A stretch of DNA of 64,000 bases from Tubiluchus corallicola (lineage: Eukaryota > Animalia > Priapulida), in assembly GCA_030141605.1 (NCBI GenBank), contig JAQGDQ010000243.1, positions 186,001 through 250,000 on the forward strand, written 5' to 3'. Every line of letters starts with the position of its first letter. The stretch's first letter is position 1. Position numbers and translations under genes: made by a program. Shown here one piece after another: positions 25,001-36,349 of the stretch. The notes under the pieces were generated by a model, which saw only the letters and a program-made list of their open reading frames with translations, did not search any database and had not been told where the DNA came from.

Positions 25001-28000
25001 CAAGCAGATGTTTAACATTTAGAACGGTATATTATTTGCAGTTTTACTTTTGTGATTAAAGGAACAATTCTTAAATTAGTATAATTCGAAGCATTTATAT
25101 TTGTATTTACGCTCTATGCAGTATGGCAGTATTAGATGTAATTATTTTGTTGTTGTTATTTCAGCCTATTCATTGTTGCAATATCATAAATAAACCACTT
25201 TGATTGATTCAGCAAAAACTTCCATAGTTATTTATGATCAGGCGTTCTAAATGTTAAACATCTGCTTGACACTGCATGGAGTTCTTATTGTTAAATGTGT
25301 TAAAAATTGCCTCCTGGCAAACAGCAATATGGGTGCTCTTCATATGCTGAAATCTTCGAGATCCTCTAGTAATACTCATTGATTAAAGAGCCAAAATGAT
25401 TTTACAAGGAAGGGTTTGCTTAAAATTGCGAAGGGACCCTTGTTTTGTTACAGAAAATTTAAAATTCTATGTCACAGCTGAAACTACAAAAGTCACTTTT
25501 GATTCATCTAAAGTTACCAAACATTTGGTCAGAAAAACTTATACAATATAGCACCTCTGTAAGAATTACACATGTTACTTACAGTAGTCACAAAAAAATT
25601 AAACCGGTGAGCAGCAATTGCAAAGAATATACTTGCTTTGCATATGACGAATGAGAGTTCAAGTTCCGAGAGTCGTACCAAACACTCAAAAAGTTTGTAA
25701 GCTTTTAGACCAACTTTTCGTGTTTTCTTATATCCACTAACTGAAATTGTCTACTACCACTAGCTGTGACGTATCGACAGTCAACTTCGCTAAATGCTTT
25801 CAAGCAAGTGAACTTGTCAAGTCTCTTGCTGGGGGAATATAGCAAAAGGGACCACCCATTAAGTACGTTTATAATTTTGATGCTGCCAAAACATCAGCGC
25901 AAAACAAATTTTTCCTCAGATAATCTAATCAAAGATGACTATATTTAGTACATTGGATTTTTGAAACCATACATGCTCACTGTTTAAGTTAGCCTTTGCC
26001 TTTCTCCGAAACAATATACTACTTATACTAGCAAAGCTTATGTGAGAATTGATTACTATGTCTGACTTTGTTTTCAGCATGCAAAGCATTTCAATGACTT
26101 TTGGGGACGACCTGGTGGAGGTGCACCATCAAACAACTTTCTTGGTGCAAGGCGCACTGGGATGCGAGACATCGTTTCCACGCCTGCAGTGAGTTTTCAC
26201 TAATATGTACACTATTGTACAGTATTATAGTCACATTTACAAGGCTCAGTTATTATATATATATATATATAGATGATATTTAAAATTCTTCATTGCCATT
26301 GTTATACATATACAGACATCATATATATATATATATATTTCTCAAGCAGTTTTGCTGTTCATTTTTACAGTGAAAATTTGGGTAAAAGTCTGATCAAAAA
26401 CATTGCAAGGTGTGGCAATATCACACATATATATATATATATATAAGTAAAGCAATTATGTATAATCAGTTGAAAACCGCTGTTTGCAATAGTGTTAAAA
26501 ACAAAATACCAATACAAGTGACATCAAATACGAACATTTCAATATAAGACTATATCCACGTATTACAAACAATATCATACAATACATACAACTATATAAT
26601 ACAAATTTCAATGACCCAAAGACGTAAAAAGCACTTTTTTCGTTTAACTGACTCATTAGGATTGTTTACACTATTTGGGAATATAATGACAGCATTACAA
26701 TTACATTGGCGATTTCCTAAATCCCACAACAAAGAAATAAGAAATTCACATAAAAATTTTGGTACCTTCGAATGAAAGAGAAAAATTTATAATGTAACAC
26801 ACTTTTCTCTGGGTAGATCGTAACTGAGTGGATAGGCACGCACGGTTTCACGAAGGTGGCATGATTTCGATACAAGCTCGATAAACCTTCGTTTACTTCG
26901 AAACTAAATCATTTACTATTAATAATATCATTTTCATTAATACTATCTACTTTTAGAACGAAGAATCTACGCAAGAGATCGATAAAATAAGACGTACCAA
27001 CAGCAGAGCGTCAAATAATTATCAGTTGACATCGGCAAGATCAGAACCTGTACGTTGGCTTTTATAATAATTAGTTAATTAATTTGTATAGCACAACCCA
27101 GTAATGTATCGTTTTGTCTAACTGCACGACAGGGACGGAACTAGATGTGGCAAGCAGGGGGGGGGGCACAAAAATTTTCTGGGAGGGCGAGGTATCCGAA
27201 ATGGTTAAATAATGGTTAAGCCAATTTTTAACCCCTTTTATACTGCATGCAGGCCTATAATTAGTGGACAAAGCAATAATGAGAAAATTAACTCTCAGTT
27301 AACCTAATGTTATTAATGTGCCTCTAACTTTATTTACAGAAATTTATCACACACAAGTTTTAAGAAAATAATACGCAGGAAATAATGTCAAAATGAAATG
27401 TGGAACGATACTTCCTTGGACAAAAAGTCTAAAGTTTTCAAAAAGTCTCAAATTTCAGCATATAGCTATGCACACAGACCTGTTGGCCTGTGTGTAGAGC
27501 CTGTCACTGTGTGTGGTCCCTGTAGGCCTACACTGTGATAGGCACCTCTATGCACACTGAGTTTTGTCTGCACGCACACTGAAGCTACCAAACATTTTTT
27601 TATCTAATTCTAATTCATATTGAAAATGATTACATGCGAACTGCAAAAATTTGTCCGATTTTGCAGGGGGGCGCCCCCCTAGTTCCGCCCCTGCTGCACG
27701 AAAAGTTCTTTGGCGAGGATAAGGAAAGCTGAAAATTACGAGTCACTGTATATTCGAACGCAAGATTCTCTTACGTCCATTAGATTTAATTGAACTGCAG
27801 TTCTTTACTTTCAGTCAGTTAACTCAATCTATTTTTTAAGAAATGCATTAATTTTTTGTACTTTATGGACTAAACCTTCTGAGAATAGAGAAAAATCACC
27901 ATTAGTCTCTATTTGACTATTGACTGTCCGAGATCTTTCGCGCCTAGGGTAGTTTGTATAAATTATTAGCCCTCAATTTTAATTACTATTGCTAACATAT

Positions 28001-29806
28001 TTTGGCTGGCATTTTGAAACCAAACACTTTAAAGTGGTATTAATAATTTGCATAATGATTAAGGCATCTTACAGGACCAGAATGACAGACCTGAGGCTAG
28101 CTGTAATTTATTGTCCAAAACAATAAACAATAAACTGTGAAGAAGGCCCACCGTATTTCTACGTTTGATCCATTGAATGTCAGTTCTTCAGCGCATTGAT
28201 CACCACGTCCAGTCTAGACTCCTTTATTTTATAACCGCACTGCCTTAGATTCGAAATAATTAATTTTATGGTGTAAAATATGCGCTTGTGTTCTTGACAA
28301 GATTATAAGAATCTAAAGCTCAAACAGGCATGAGAAGCCATTGGACCAAAGGGGTATAAAAATGACCAGCGAAAAAACTCAAGTTCACTTCAGATTAATT
28401 GAATTTTTCAATTCAATCAATTTTATTTCCTCAACATTCATTTTACGTAACAATTTATAATAGTAGCAAATTTCGATAATATTAGAGTAGGAGCAGCGAA
28501 AGACTCATTGGTCACTAACTCAGTTGTTCCAAATGGTATAATTTCGTTTGAAAATGATTTGCGGTGATTATCGCGTGTTTTCTTTTTGAGTAATTAACAG
28601 ATAATTTGTTGGCTTTCATCCAAATTGATATTTTCTCTAGTTCCTCATTCGTTCGTAGCTGAAGGCGGTTCATGTCTGAATCATTAGGATAAATTTGTGT
28701 CGTCTGCAAAAAGACGTGAATTGAAATTTGAGACAAGCGGCATATCATTCGTGTAAATAAGAAACAATAATGGTCCTAATGTCGAGCCTTGTGGTACTCC
28801 ACAGTTCATCGTAAGAAGGAGGGATGAATTGTTTTGCACAACTGCATATTGTTGTCTATTAGTTGGGTGATTTGTTGATAATTTTGATGTGTTTCCCCTA
28901 AAGCCATAATCATTCGTAATGGCTATGCTTGTGTAAAATTATGTAATGGGAGAACGAATCAAATGCTTTGGATAAGTCGAGAAAAGATTACATCAGATTA
29001 GATGTGAATTCATAATTCAATTCAATTCAATTTATTTATCTCTTTATAATACTACAATAAAACATGATTAATAAAAGAATCGCTAATAAGTTTTGAAGAA
29101 TGGTTAAAATGTATAGATAGATCTAGAACTAGAGAAAGGACAGCGAAAAGACTATAAAGTCACCTAGTCTGCTATCCTTTACCGAATATAGATACAATGA
29201 TTTTTAGACACTGGTGGGCATTAATGTTATCAGTTTAATTTAGAAAACATTAATGATTTTAAAATCATGACATTTGCTATATAATTAAGTAATCCGGAGT
29301 AAAGAAAATACATGTACTTTAATTAGCGGGCAACAAAATAAGGTCAAGATTGTTATGAAATGATAAAACCATTTTGGGTTAATAATGCAATTAATCAACA
29401 ACAGGAATTAAATACATTTTGATTTGAGTTCAACTTCATTATTTCTAGGCTTATTGATTAAGAACAATCTACTGACTTGGACAATAATACTAAATAATAT
29501 AATTCTCAATATACTGATAAGACAAACATTTAGCTATACAGTTTTTTTTAGTAATTTTATAAAGGTGAGGTAAGACTTGTGCAATCTGTCAACAACACCT
29601 GAAACTTTACTCATAAGATAGTATTGTAGTATGGCTTTAATAATTACTCTGCTGCAAAGAAGAGAAGAAAATGATTAGTTTTAGCTGTTTTTTCTAATTG
29701 TTTATTTACCATATTTAACAGTGACTAAAAACTATACAGCTGCTTTCGTGCAATTTTGCAGATAATGTACACACCTAGACCACCATGGGCGGTTGTCTCG
29801 GGCTAA
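983..29806 (+). CDS. Multi-exon gene for a ~552 aa coiled-coil protein with six DP[WF]G[RK]PG[AG]GAP-type repeats (CSPP1/CCDC66-like motif; probable ciliary/microtubule-associated protein)
   Basis: Hand-joined exons 983-1056, 4779-4896, 8996-9145, 10724-10942, 12288-12384, 12531-12614, 13384-13424, 16015-16122, 18329-18434, 22334-22485, 23027-23158, 24592-24720, 26078-26188, 26957-27049, 29762-29806. All introns are GT-AG with matching phases and the frame stays open to TAA at 29804-29806; AATAAA follows at ~30004. The start codon is uncertain and 4975-4997 plus 5050-5182 may be extra exons. Confidence 0.85.
1100..1545 (-). mobile_element. Non-LTR retrotransposon (CR1/L2-like) 3' fragment
   Basis: Minus frame LLWNSLPLQVKQIKSLSAFKTKLK; its 3' tail resembles that of the 14442-14980 element. 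Confidence 0.65.
1770..2372 (+). mobile_element. Kolobok/T2-like MITE copy 1 (5'-truncated)
   Basis: Highly similar to 9467-10127 and 20582-22189; right end TTTCTTGTGCT followed by TTAA. Confidence 0.8.
2640..3400. repeat. 38-bp minisatellite (tgtgactagggtcttagctatataagggttactgtatt), ~20 copies
   Basis: Direct tandem repetition. Confidence 0.95.
4779..4896 (+). CDS. Gene 1 exon (SASTKATRARQRKEADDQFNFVKEQKIENYRRQIEEQKM)
   Basis: Pyrimidine tract plus AG at 4777-4778; ATG|GTAAGT donor; charged coiled-coil-like peptide. Confidence 0.85.
4975..5182 (+). CDS. Possible extra gene 1 exons 4975-4997 (23 nt) and 5050-5182 (133 nt)
   Basis: Acceptors ttcAG (4974) and tttAG (5049); donors GTGGAA (weak) and CAG|GTATTT. 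The two lengths sum to 156 nt, which preserves frame; the intervening intron would be only 52 nt. Confidence 0.4.
5510..6195 (+). mobile_element. Non-LTR retrotransposon ORF2 C-terminus (CCHC-type zinc motif) and 3' tail
   Basis: CNCGFRFESVEHFLLHCPLY...LLLFG...FILRTKRF* followed by an AT-rich tail with AATAAA. Confidence 0.75.
8605..8672 (-). mobile_element. tRNA-derived SINE head
   Basis: Minus strand TGGCCGGGTGGTCTAAGGCG...GGTTCAAATC gives Pol III A and B boxes; no intact cloverleaf. Confidence 0.55.
8996..9145 (+). CDS. Gene 1 exon with YDPWGRPGGGAP motif
   Basis: tttAG acceptor; TTG|GTGAGT donor; 150 nt, phase 0/0. Confidence 0.9.
9467..10127 (+). mobile_element. Kolobok/T2-like MITE copy 2 (full length, ~660 bp)
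   Basis: TTAA|AGGACAAGAAA ... TTTCTTGTGCT|TCAA: short TIR, AG..CT ends, TTAA-type target. Confidence 0.8.
10724..10942 (+). CDS. Gene 1 exon with KFGTPGAGAP motif
   Basis: ctctttcAG acceptor; AAG|GTAGAA donor; 219 nt open frame DEGLKFGTPGAGAPNFTKSG... Confidence 0.85.
11300..12068 (+). mobile_element. CR1/L2-like LINE 3' end with stem-loop and (CTATGT)n tail
   Basis: Decayed plus frame ..GFNSLKSRRAKLWNSLPK..; the 3' UTR is near-identical to 63030-63465. Confidence 0.75.
12288..12384 (+). CDS. Gene 1 exon with YDPFGKPGAGAP motif
   Basis: T-rich tract plus AG; G|GTAAAA donor; phase 0/1. Confidence 0.88.
12531..12614 (+). CDS. Gene 1 exon (GRVVATKKAAWSRTPNSEPNIYKRAHKQ)
   Basis: ccttgcAG acceptor; AAG|GTAGAG donor; phase 1/1. 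Confidence 0.8.
12650..13170. repeat. Degenerate (CAT/CGT)n trinucleotide microsatellite
   Basis: Low-complexity tract that explains the poly-S/M/I ORFs. Confidence 0.9.
13384..13424 (+). CDS. Gene 1 small exon (GSETDAPTAVFNLA)
   Basis: tttttttcAG acceptor; GCG|GTAAGA donor; phase 1/0 bridges the neighbouring exons. Confidence 0.75.
14442..14980 (+). mobile_element. CR1/L2-like LINE 3' end with (TAC)n tail
   Basis: RTNNQYGKNSITKQAIQLWNSLPTSLKYSSSLSTFKSKLK ORF2 C-terminus, followed by a tail with a microsatellite. Confidence 0.75.
16015..16122 (+). CDS. Gene 1 exon with YDPWGKGYGTP motif
   Basis: ttttAG acceptor; TCG|GTATGT donor; 108 nt. Confidence 0.88.
18329..18434 (+). CDS. Gene 1 exon (KNSEPDRFLQ...DDAANSFG)
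   Basis: tttcAG acceptor; GCG|GTAAGT donor; phase 0/1. Confidence 0.85.
18418..19252 (+). repeat. ~45-bp minisatellite (gctaacagctttggcg|gtaagtcctcaactttcgtttggttaaca), ~19 units, derived from the exon/intron junction; solo copy at 19641-19681
   Basis: Unit 1 contains the donor of exon 18329-18434. Confidence 0.95.
20582..22189 (+). mobile_element. Kolobok/T2-like MITE copy 3, split by a nested insertion
   Basis: TTAA|AGGACAAG start and TTAA at 22190; colinear with copy 2 once 20788-21715 is removed. Confidence 0.82.
20788..21710. mobile_element. Non-autonomous TGT...ACA DNA element (923 bp) with 32-bp perfect TIR and 5-bp TSD GCAAT (Ginger2/TDD-like by termini)
   Basis: TGTTGGGAGCCGAGTGGACCACTGCGCCAAGT at both ends; GCAAT at 20783-20787 and 21711-21715; the empty site is visible in the other MITE copies. 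Confidence 0.88.
22334..22485 (+). CDS. Gene 1 exon with YDPWGKPGAGAP motif
   Basis: tttcAG acceptor; GAG|GTGACC donor; phase 1/0. Confidence 0.9.
23027..23158 (+). CDS. Gene 1 coiled-coil exon (LREELQREMEERQKLR)
   Basis: ttacAG acceptor (an alternative in-frame AG lies at 23034-23035); CCT|GTAAGT donor. Confidence 0.85.
24592..24720 (+). CDS. Gene 1 coiled-coil exon (YFNALSRQAEEREQRRKQER)
   Basis: tacAG acceptor; TAC|GTGAGC donor; 129 nt. Confidence 0.87.
24901..25368. mobile_element. MITE with ~126-bp near-perfect TIRs (TAGAGGATCTCG...)
   Basis: Arms 24901-25026 and 25243-25368 differ at one position; both sides are flanked by GTAAT. Confidence 0.85.
26078..26188 (+). CDS. Gene 1 exon with NDFWGRPGGGAP motif
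   Basis: ttttcAG acceptor; GCA|GTGAGT donor; 111 nt. Confidence 0.9.
26957..27049 (+). CDS. Gene 1 exon (NEESTQEIDKIRRTNSRASNNYQLTSARSEP)
   Basis: cttttAG acceptor; CCT|GTACGT donor; 93 nt. Confidence 0.8.
27130..27693. mobile_element. hAT-type MITE
   Basis: TIR CAGGG[A/G]CGGAACTAG; perfect 8-bp TSD CTGCACGA at 27122-27129 and 27694-27701. Confidence 0.9.
28515..28985 (-). pseudogene. Decayed reverse transcriptase core of a CR1/L2-like LINE
   Basis: Minus-strand motifs FLDLSKAFDS, CGVPQGSTLGPLLFLIYTND, LFADDT and WMKANKLSVN, with frameshifts. Confidence 0.88.
29015..29640 (-). mobile_element. LINE 3' UTR with stem-loop and (ATTGA)n tail
   Basis: Tail ttcaattcaattcaa on the + strand; conserved stem-loop at 29135-29180. 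Confidence 0.55.
29762..29806 (+). CDS. Gene 1 terminal coding exon (IMYTPRPPWAVVSG*)
   Basis: ttttgcAG acceptor; phase 0; TAA stop; AATAAA about 200 nt downstream. Confidence 0.7.
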   Translation: MMYTPRPPWAVVSG

Positions 29807-30899
29807 AATGTTCACAGCAACTGTTGATTTGCATCTGACGACGAATGAAGTTTCAAATTTAACCCCATTTCTAATTTTATTTCTCACAATCTATTACGTT
29901 ATTCTTAAAAATATTAATTATATAATTTATGTAATGTATACTTATTTTATGGCACTGTGACTGATATTGTAAAAGTGCTTACCCATTGTGTAGTTGTGTC
30001 AAAAATAAAAATCGTTTTTGAAATATAAATAATTCAAAAATACATGTTTTTATATACAAAGAAAGTTACATACACAGTTAGTTATGTGCACAGCTCTACT
30101 GTCAATTCCCTTTGCTTGGGTGCATGTAAGTGTTTGTAGATCGTGTTTTGCATTAAATTTAATATTCTTGCCGTTAGATGGCGCGAGAACCAAGCTAACT
30201 ACACAATTTGTATTATCATTAATGAGAAAGACCGGGCATGAGAAAGTGATTGGTTGAAAAATGTATTAAGAGAACAGAAAATGTAAGATTATTTTTATTG
30301 CAACCTCTTAGCATGCAAGCATGGTCATATTAGCAAACCGTTGCTCAGTTCTTAGTAATTGTGTTACAGTTTGTAGAGCTGACAAACTTCTAACTTCGTT
30401 TAAAAACACATTTATTAAAACTGATTTTAAAAAAGTAGCATTTAACAAAATAGAGCAAAACAAATTTCCTCGCCATAACTCTGGCGTTCTGTTAATCTGC
30501 ACACTTTCTTTTTGCTCTCCTCTGCTCCGTCTTCCTAATTTGCCCAACTAGTTCACTAATCAAGCCATATTACATCTATGACTCAAGTACAGCTTAGTCA
30601 AGCGCAACAATTGTAATAGCATTTGGAATGCAAAAAAACTTTCTCGAAAAAATCCCTAAATCATTTTCATGCTCGTTTATATCATGTCACTTTATCCGTG
30701 TGATGTGGTACTCGGAGCTAATTCTGTCTTTCTAATATAAGAAGTGGCAGTTCCCACTGTTGAATTCCTGTCAAAATACAAGACTAATTGCTATAACGTC
30801 AAATTAATGTTGTTCATAAATCAGAATCAAGACTTTATGGCTGAAATCAGCATATAAAAACGCATTAAGACAGTAATTTCACACCAGTAGTGTTACCAT

Positions 30900-31335
30900 T
30901 AGTAAATATATGACAAAACAATATAGCAGGTTTTTTAGCTGGTTCTATGGCTTGTTGAAGAGCTATCTTCACTGGAACATCATCAGGTAGTCTAAGCATA
31001 TGCCCAATCCATCTTAAACGGCGTCTTTTTATTTTTCTTGTTCAAGGTTCTTTTATTTTTTCATATAGATCTTTGTTTGAAATTTTCTTTGGCCATCTAA
31101 TACCCAAAATGTTTCTGTAATTTCGCCTTTGAAACGCATCGATTTCAGCTTTATGATTTGCTTTTAATGTCCAGAGCTCAGACTTATACAGAAATACAGT
31201 TTCAACTAAGGCTGAGAATATTCTAATTTTTGTTTCCAAAGAAATCTTCCTGTTCTCAAAAACTTTTGTAAGTTTTGACTAAGCTGATAATGCCATTATC
31301 TTCCGTCTTGATATCTCATCTTCTGTTGCCGAGAT
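30900..31335 (-). pseudogene. RTE-like LINE ORF2 C-terminal fragment
   Basis: KIRIFSALVETVFLYKSELWTL...AFQRRNYRNILGIRWP...RRRLRWIGHMLRL. Confidence 0.8.
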
Positions 31336-32829
31336 ACTTGCAGGAGGACAAATGTTAACATATTTAGATTTTGCACAGAAAGATTTAAACACTTCAGCAT
31401 TGATCCTTAGAAATAAATGCACTTGGGCCATTGTGGCGAGCAGGGAGTCCTGGCATAGGGAGGTGAGCAGAATCATGTCACTGGACGTGTAATTCATTGG
31501 ATGATGATGATGAAAACAAAATAAACTATTTACAATCTTTTTTGGTTACATTATAATACTATATTTATTAGGAAAATAACACAAGAATGTGTCATATGTT
31601 TTGTGTTATAGACGAAGCACCAGAGCAAAGACAATCACAGATATGTTCTACAAATCATATCAAAATGATAGCAAAAATCATAATTTAGTTCCAAAAAATA
31701 TAAACTGATCTGTGAGCTTCACAAAAAAATACAGGTCTCATAGAAAGTTACCATGGTTACCAATAAACATTACTACTAGCTACATTCGCAACCGACAACG
31801 AAAGCAGAAAGCTACCAGATGATTACTACAAAGGTGTATTTATATTTAGTACAAATACTGTACTATAATAAAAAAAAAATTAATAATTTATGCGGGCTGT
31901 CTTACTGCAAAAGTAGGCTATTTTTACTAGGTATCTTCGATGTGTTAAGATCAGCAAAACTACAAGATTATTTGTTAAAAATGGACACCGTACATTTTTT
32001 CTCTCAGGTAGACTCTTCTTCAACTGCAAAACTTAAAATATAAAATTACAAAAATACAACATGATGATAAAAGATTTCTTCCTATTGAAAAATAAATCAT
32101 GTTATAATCAACCACGTCTATGGCAAGTAGAAGCTAAACAAAATATTGATAGTCTTTTCTTTTATAGTATAAGGCGAATATAGGGGGCAAAGCAGAAGTG
32201 AAAGTGCTTTACCGGTATTGGACACACATCTTTATTGTGCTTTGGACTAGTTACTGCATCAATAAAATTCCGCAGGTCCTACTCAATAACAAAATATATT
32301 TGATTCCTTTGACTATGCTGTTTACCTTCTGAAACTCAAAAAATGATAAAAGATGTTTAGATAATTTTACTGTGAAAACCTGTGTTAGCAAACAAGTTCA
32401 GATATCACTAGGTAGATTCGGCATTGTTTTGAAATAAACAGTCAAGTTAAATAATCCACACAAATGGCACAAAATAGTGATAATTAACTAGGTCTTTGTC
32501 AACTAACTGTTCAAATATTGATTGATGTTTAGTTTAGTGCCCTAACTGCAAACTCAAAGTCAACAAAAATGATCTTACTAGAAACAAGGGTCAAAATTTG
32601 TATATTATCTACATAAGCCTGAATCAATATTACAGCAAGGGCACAATATTCTGAACTTTGGATAGTTGGTAGTAGGTGCAGAAAATTCGTATGCACTAAG
32701 GGCTGTCACGATCTACAATTAAGATTATGTATCAGAAATCTAATAAAAAATCGTATACAATTGCCATTAAACAGTAGAGATTGATTGCTATGAATATACT
32801 ATTAGATTTTAAAAAGGTTCTCTGACAGA

Positions 32830-33233
32830 CTAATTGAACTTGATAGTGTTATTAGAAATTTTGCAAACAAAAAAAAACAGAAAGGCACATTTTTATTAAT
32901 ACTTTAGTTAAATGTTAAATTTGTTTTTTGGCTTTTTTTAAGAAAAGTATTTTCCTTTGAAAGAAATTATTATGAATGTATAAAAAGCATTTTACTATGA
33001 AAACAACCAAAAAAGGTGATTGGTGAATGTAACTGTAAATACTGATTTATGTTGCTGCATTAACAGAATATGTTTTTTACATTATATTATACCTGATCAC
33101 GGAAATAAAGCTTTTACGAGGGCTTAAAGTAAATTTACCGGACATTAAATCCTCAAGTTTGCCAAAAAATGCCTGCCTTGGGGCCCCAAAGGGGTCCTCT
33201 ACTGCCTTGCAAAATTTCTCTTGGAGGCCCCTG
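32830..33233 (+). mobile_element. Decayed hAT element right end (transposase C-terminal remnant plus GGCCCCTG terminus)
   Basis: IELDSVIRNFANKKNRKAHFY* resembles the hAT/ZMYM1-type transposase C-terminus; the element ends in ggaggcccctg. Confidence 0.45.
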
Positions 33234-36200
33234 CTGTCTCTGGAATCAGGAGAAACTGTCAAAAAAGGTTCTGGTGGAAAAATTTTGATTTTTCTGCAAG
33301 AAAATTGCTTTTAACAAATCAAAAGAAGCTGTCAAGTTGGTTCCTGGTGGACAAATTTAGATTTTTCTAATGTACTTCAAAGGAATTTTGCAACACTGTA
33401 ATCTAAGGAAGTGTAAAGGGAAACTCTGTTGCACAAGAATACTAGTTGACTAGATCTTGGTGACGTTTTATGAATGTCACTAGTTAGATCATTAAGGTAT
33501 GATGGTGTTCATTGCCAATAATCCAGCTGTTTGACAAAAATCATTGTCATTTCTTAAATAGAAAATTACTTTCATAAGAGTTACATAGCTTCTTCAGCAT
33601 GGTTGATTACATTGGACAGACAAAATCTGGGCAAGAACCAATATGATGCATGCAAGAAATAGCACTCCCCCTTGGAAAAAAATCATGCTAAGCTTCTGTT
33701 AGAAAGCTGCTGGGCCAGACGAATACATGATTAAGCAAAGTTCCATTGCAAAAATGATCAAGCACATCATAATAAATACCACTAATTACCTATTAATGAA
33801 CTTAATCTAGCCTTACACTATCATTACTAACATTACTATGCAACATTTTACACAGGCTCACCGGAAGTTAAATTCTAATACATTTGCCTAGAAACAGAAA
33901 AGTGTCGTTACAAATAACAAGCAACTGTCTGTATAAAATAAAGACTTTCAACTATCAACATAATTAATAATTTTGTCTCACATTTAACACCAGCATCCTG
34001 AGATACACACAATACCTGCACATAGTAAAAATACTTTAAGCTATAAGTATATTCACCAGCATTGGTTCTAACTATGCTAACCCGCTAAGAGACTTAATCA
34101 CTACAATAATAAGCCCATGTATCAATTAATACTAGCTATAAGAAAACATTTTCAAAACAGGTAAATTTGACAAAACATTAATACAAAAATACTAATAGAC
34201 GACTGCCTCATTTAACCACACTGGTACTTATCAGTCAATAATGACGTCATACGATCAACTGTCATGTGACCCCACATAATATTCAAATTCTGCCAAGAAA
34301 TTAAATTATTCAGCAACTTACCATCTTGACAAAATCGGAATAGTAGTAAACGTTCATTTGAAATTTAACGATACAAGGCAGCACTGGGGCATACACAAAA
34401 ATTAATCTATATCAGATTCTAGACAATAACTAATACGCTGCTTATAATAAAATATAATTATCATTTTCATAAATGCAGATGGACTTGTAGTAGTTATTAG
34501 TTGTCATCAAAATAAAGATAAAATCATCTTTTTACCAAGCTATAGATATCACTCATGTAGAACATGGCAAGGAAAAGCTACAGTTGAATTGACTACAATC
34601 AAATGTTTGCTTTTTTACACAAACTTATATTAAATTATCACTAAAAACTGCTGTAATAAAAATACTAGTCACACGCTATAAACAGTGTACTAAATTTATA
34701 CGCTCATGACTTATTAAGCCGACTGATCTTACTCCTAACTTAGTAGACAGCTTTTCTACAATCTTAAACTGCCATACATGATTGCTTTAGTTTTTCCTAA
34801 TTATCTCCCATCATCAAAAAAACGGCTTCCTGTTTCAATGCCCAGCTGATGAGCTAAACTACATCTCTTGTTTTGCCAGATGTCTGGCTGTGCATTCTAT
34901 TTCAAGTTAAACAAGCTGATAAAAATTTAAAAATAAAACAACTGCGCAAGAATGTGTCAGCAACTAATGCAGCTGACTCAGCACAAGTGCATAATACTTA
35001 TCTTCCTCTTAGCGCCTGAGGAATTCTTCTCTCACGTTCGACAATGCTTTATGCTTCTTGATAATGCAAAATATTTGAGTAAGTAGTACTAAATGACATT
35101 TTCAGCTGCTTCGTACCTACACAATGTTGTGCAATTTGCAGATCGAGCTCACAAGCACGGTTCAATTCAAATCATTAACATCTTCTGTCAATGGCTCGGC
35201 TATAATCCTAAGTAAACAGCACCAGTTCGTGGTTCATAAAATACATTCATTTTTTTTATGCTTTTCTGGTACTGAATTCTTTCAACAAGTTGCAGACAGG
35301 AAAAAAGCTGCTCACTCTAAGTTAAGCTCACAAAAATTATAATAGCTAAAAGCTTTCAAACCTTAGAAGCATTTCACATTGCGTGCTACTTTTCTTACAT
35401 TAAATAAATTCAACAAAGCTATATCAGTGTTATAAAAAAGTATAAACTAAGTTTCAAACTGATCTTAGTCGTACAGAACCTGCTGCCCTAATGAAACCCA
35501 CCAGATGTTCGGTGGGGACAAGTGACAACTAAAACAAATGAAAAGTTTGAACAGGGACATTACAATTCTTAAAAGAGATCACAAAATTCAATTTGACGTA
35601 AAAATGATATTGTCGTAAGGACTGTATTTAAACGGGAATGAAAATGTATACTAACATTTTCAGCCTACCAACAAATTAAAATTATTTTCTAAAGTAAGGA
35701 AAGCAAATAGCCAAACAAAAATGTACTAAGATACCTAAAACTAAAAATATCTCACTATCTATAAAGGGGTATATAGATGTGAGATCTAAGCAAAAACTGG
35801 TGGAATAACAAGGTGTGATAAGCTATATTCAATGAGAAAAACAAACCATTTGTGATGTATTAGAGACTTAAAATGTACAAATAAAGATTTCAATTGAAAC
35901 CAAAACAAGAGAAAATAAAGCAATGTAACGCAAAATCAGCTGGATCAAGAAGAGTCATTACATGGAAAAACATTTGACATATTTTAACTTTGGTTTTATG
36001 GTCAATAAGGCCTGTTAGGGTAAATGCTTCTGTACAAATAAAATCAGTAAAAGACTTAAGGACACGCTATCTTTTTGTGTGACTAAGCAAGGTTCTTGAA
36101 CTTCGTCTTATCATCAGTCTAGTCTGTTACGCTCACTCAACAAACTTCGACCTGCTATTTGTTGATCTTTCATGTACTAAAATACTAATGCTTCTTTGCA

Positions 36201-36349
36201 CTTTCTACTTTATGTACTTTACACAACTTTTATAACTTTCCTTAACTAGCTAATACATTACATAGCTAATATGCAGAAATTTCATGCAATTTCCTGTTCC
36301 ACATTTTATAGCACAGAATTTCTCACAAGCACACTGCATTACTGTATGC

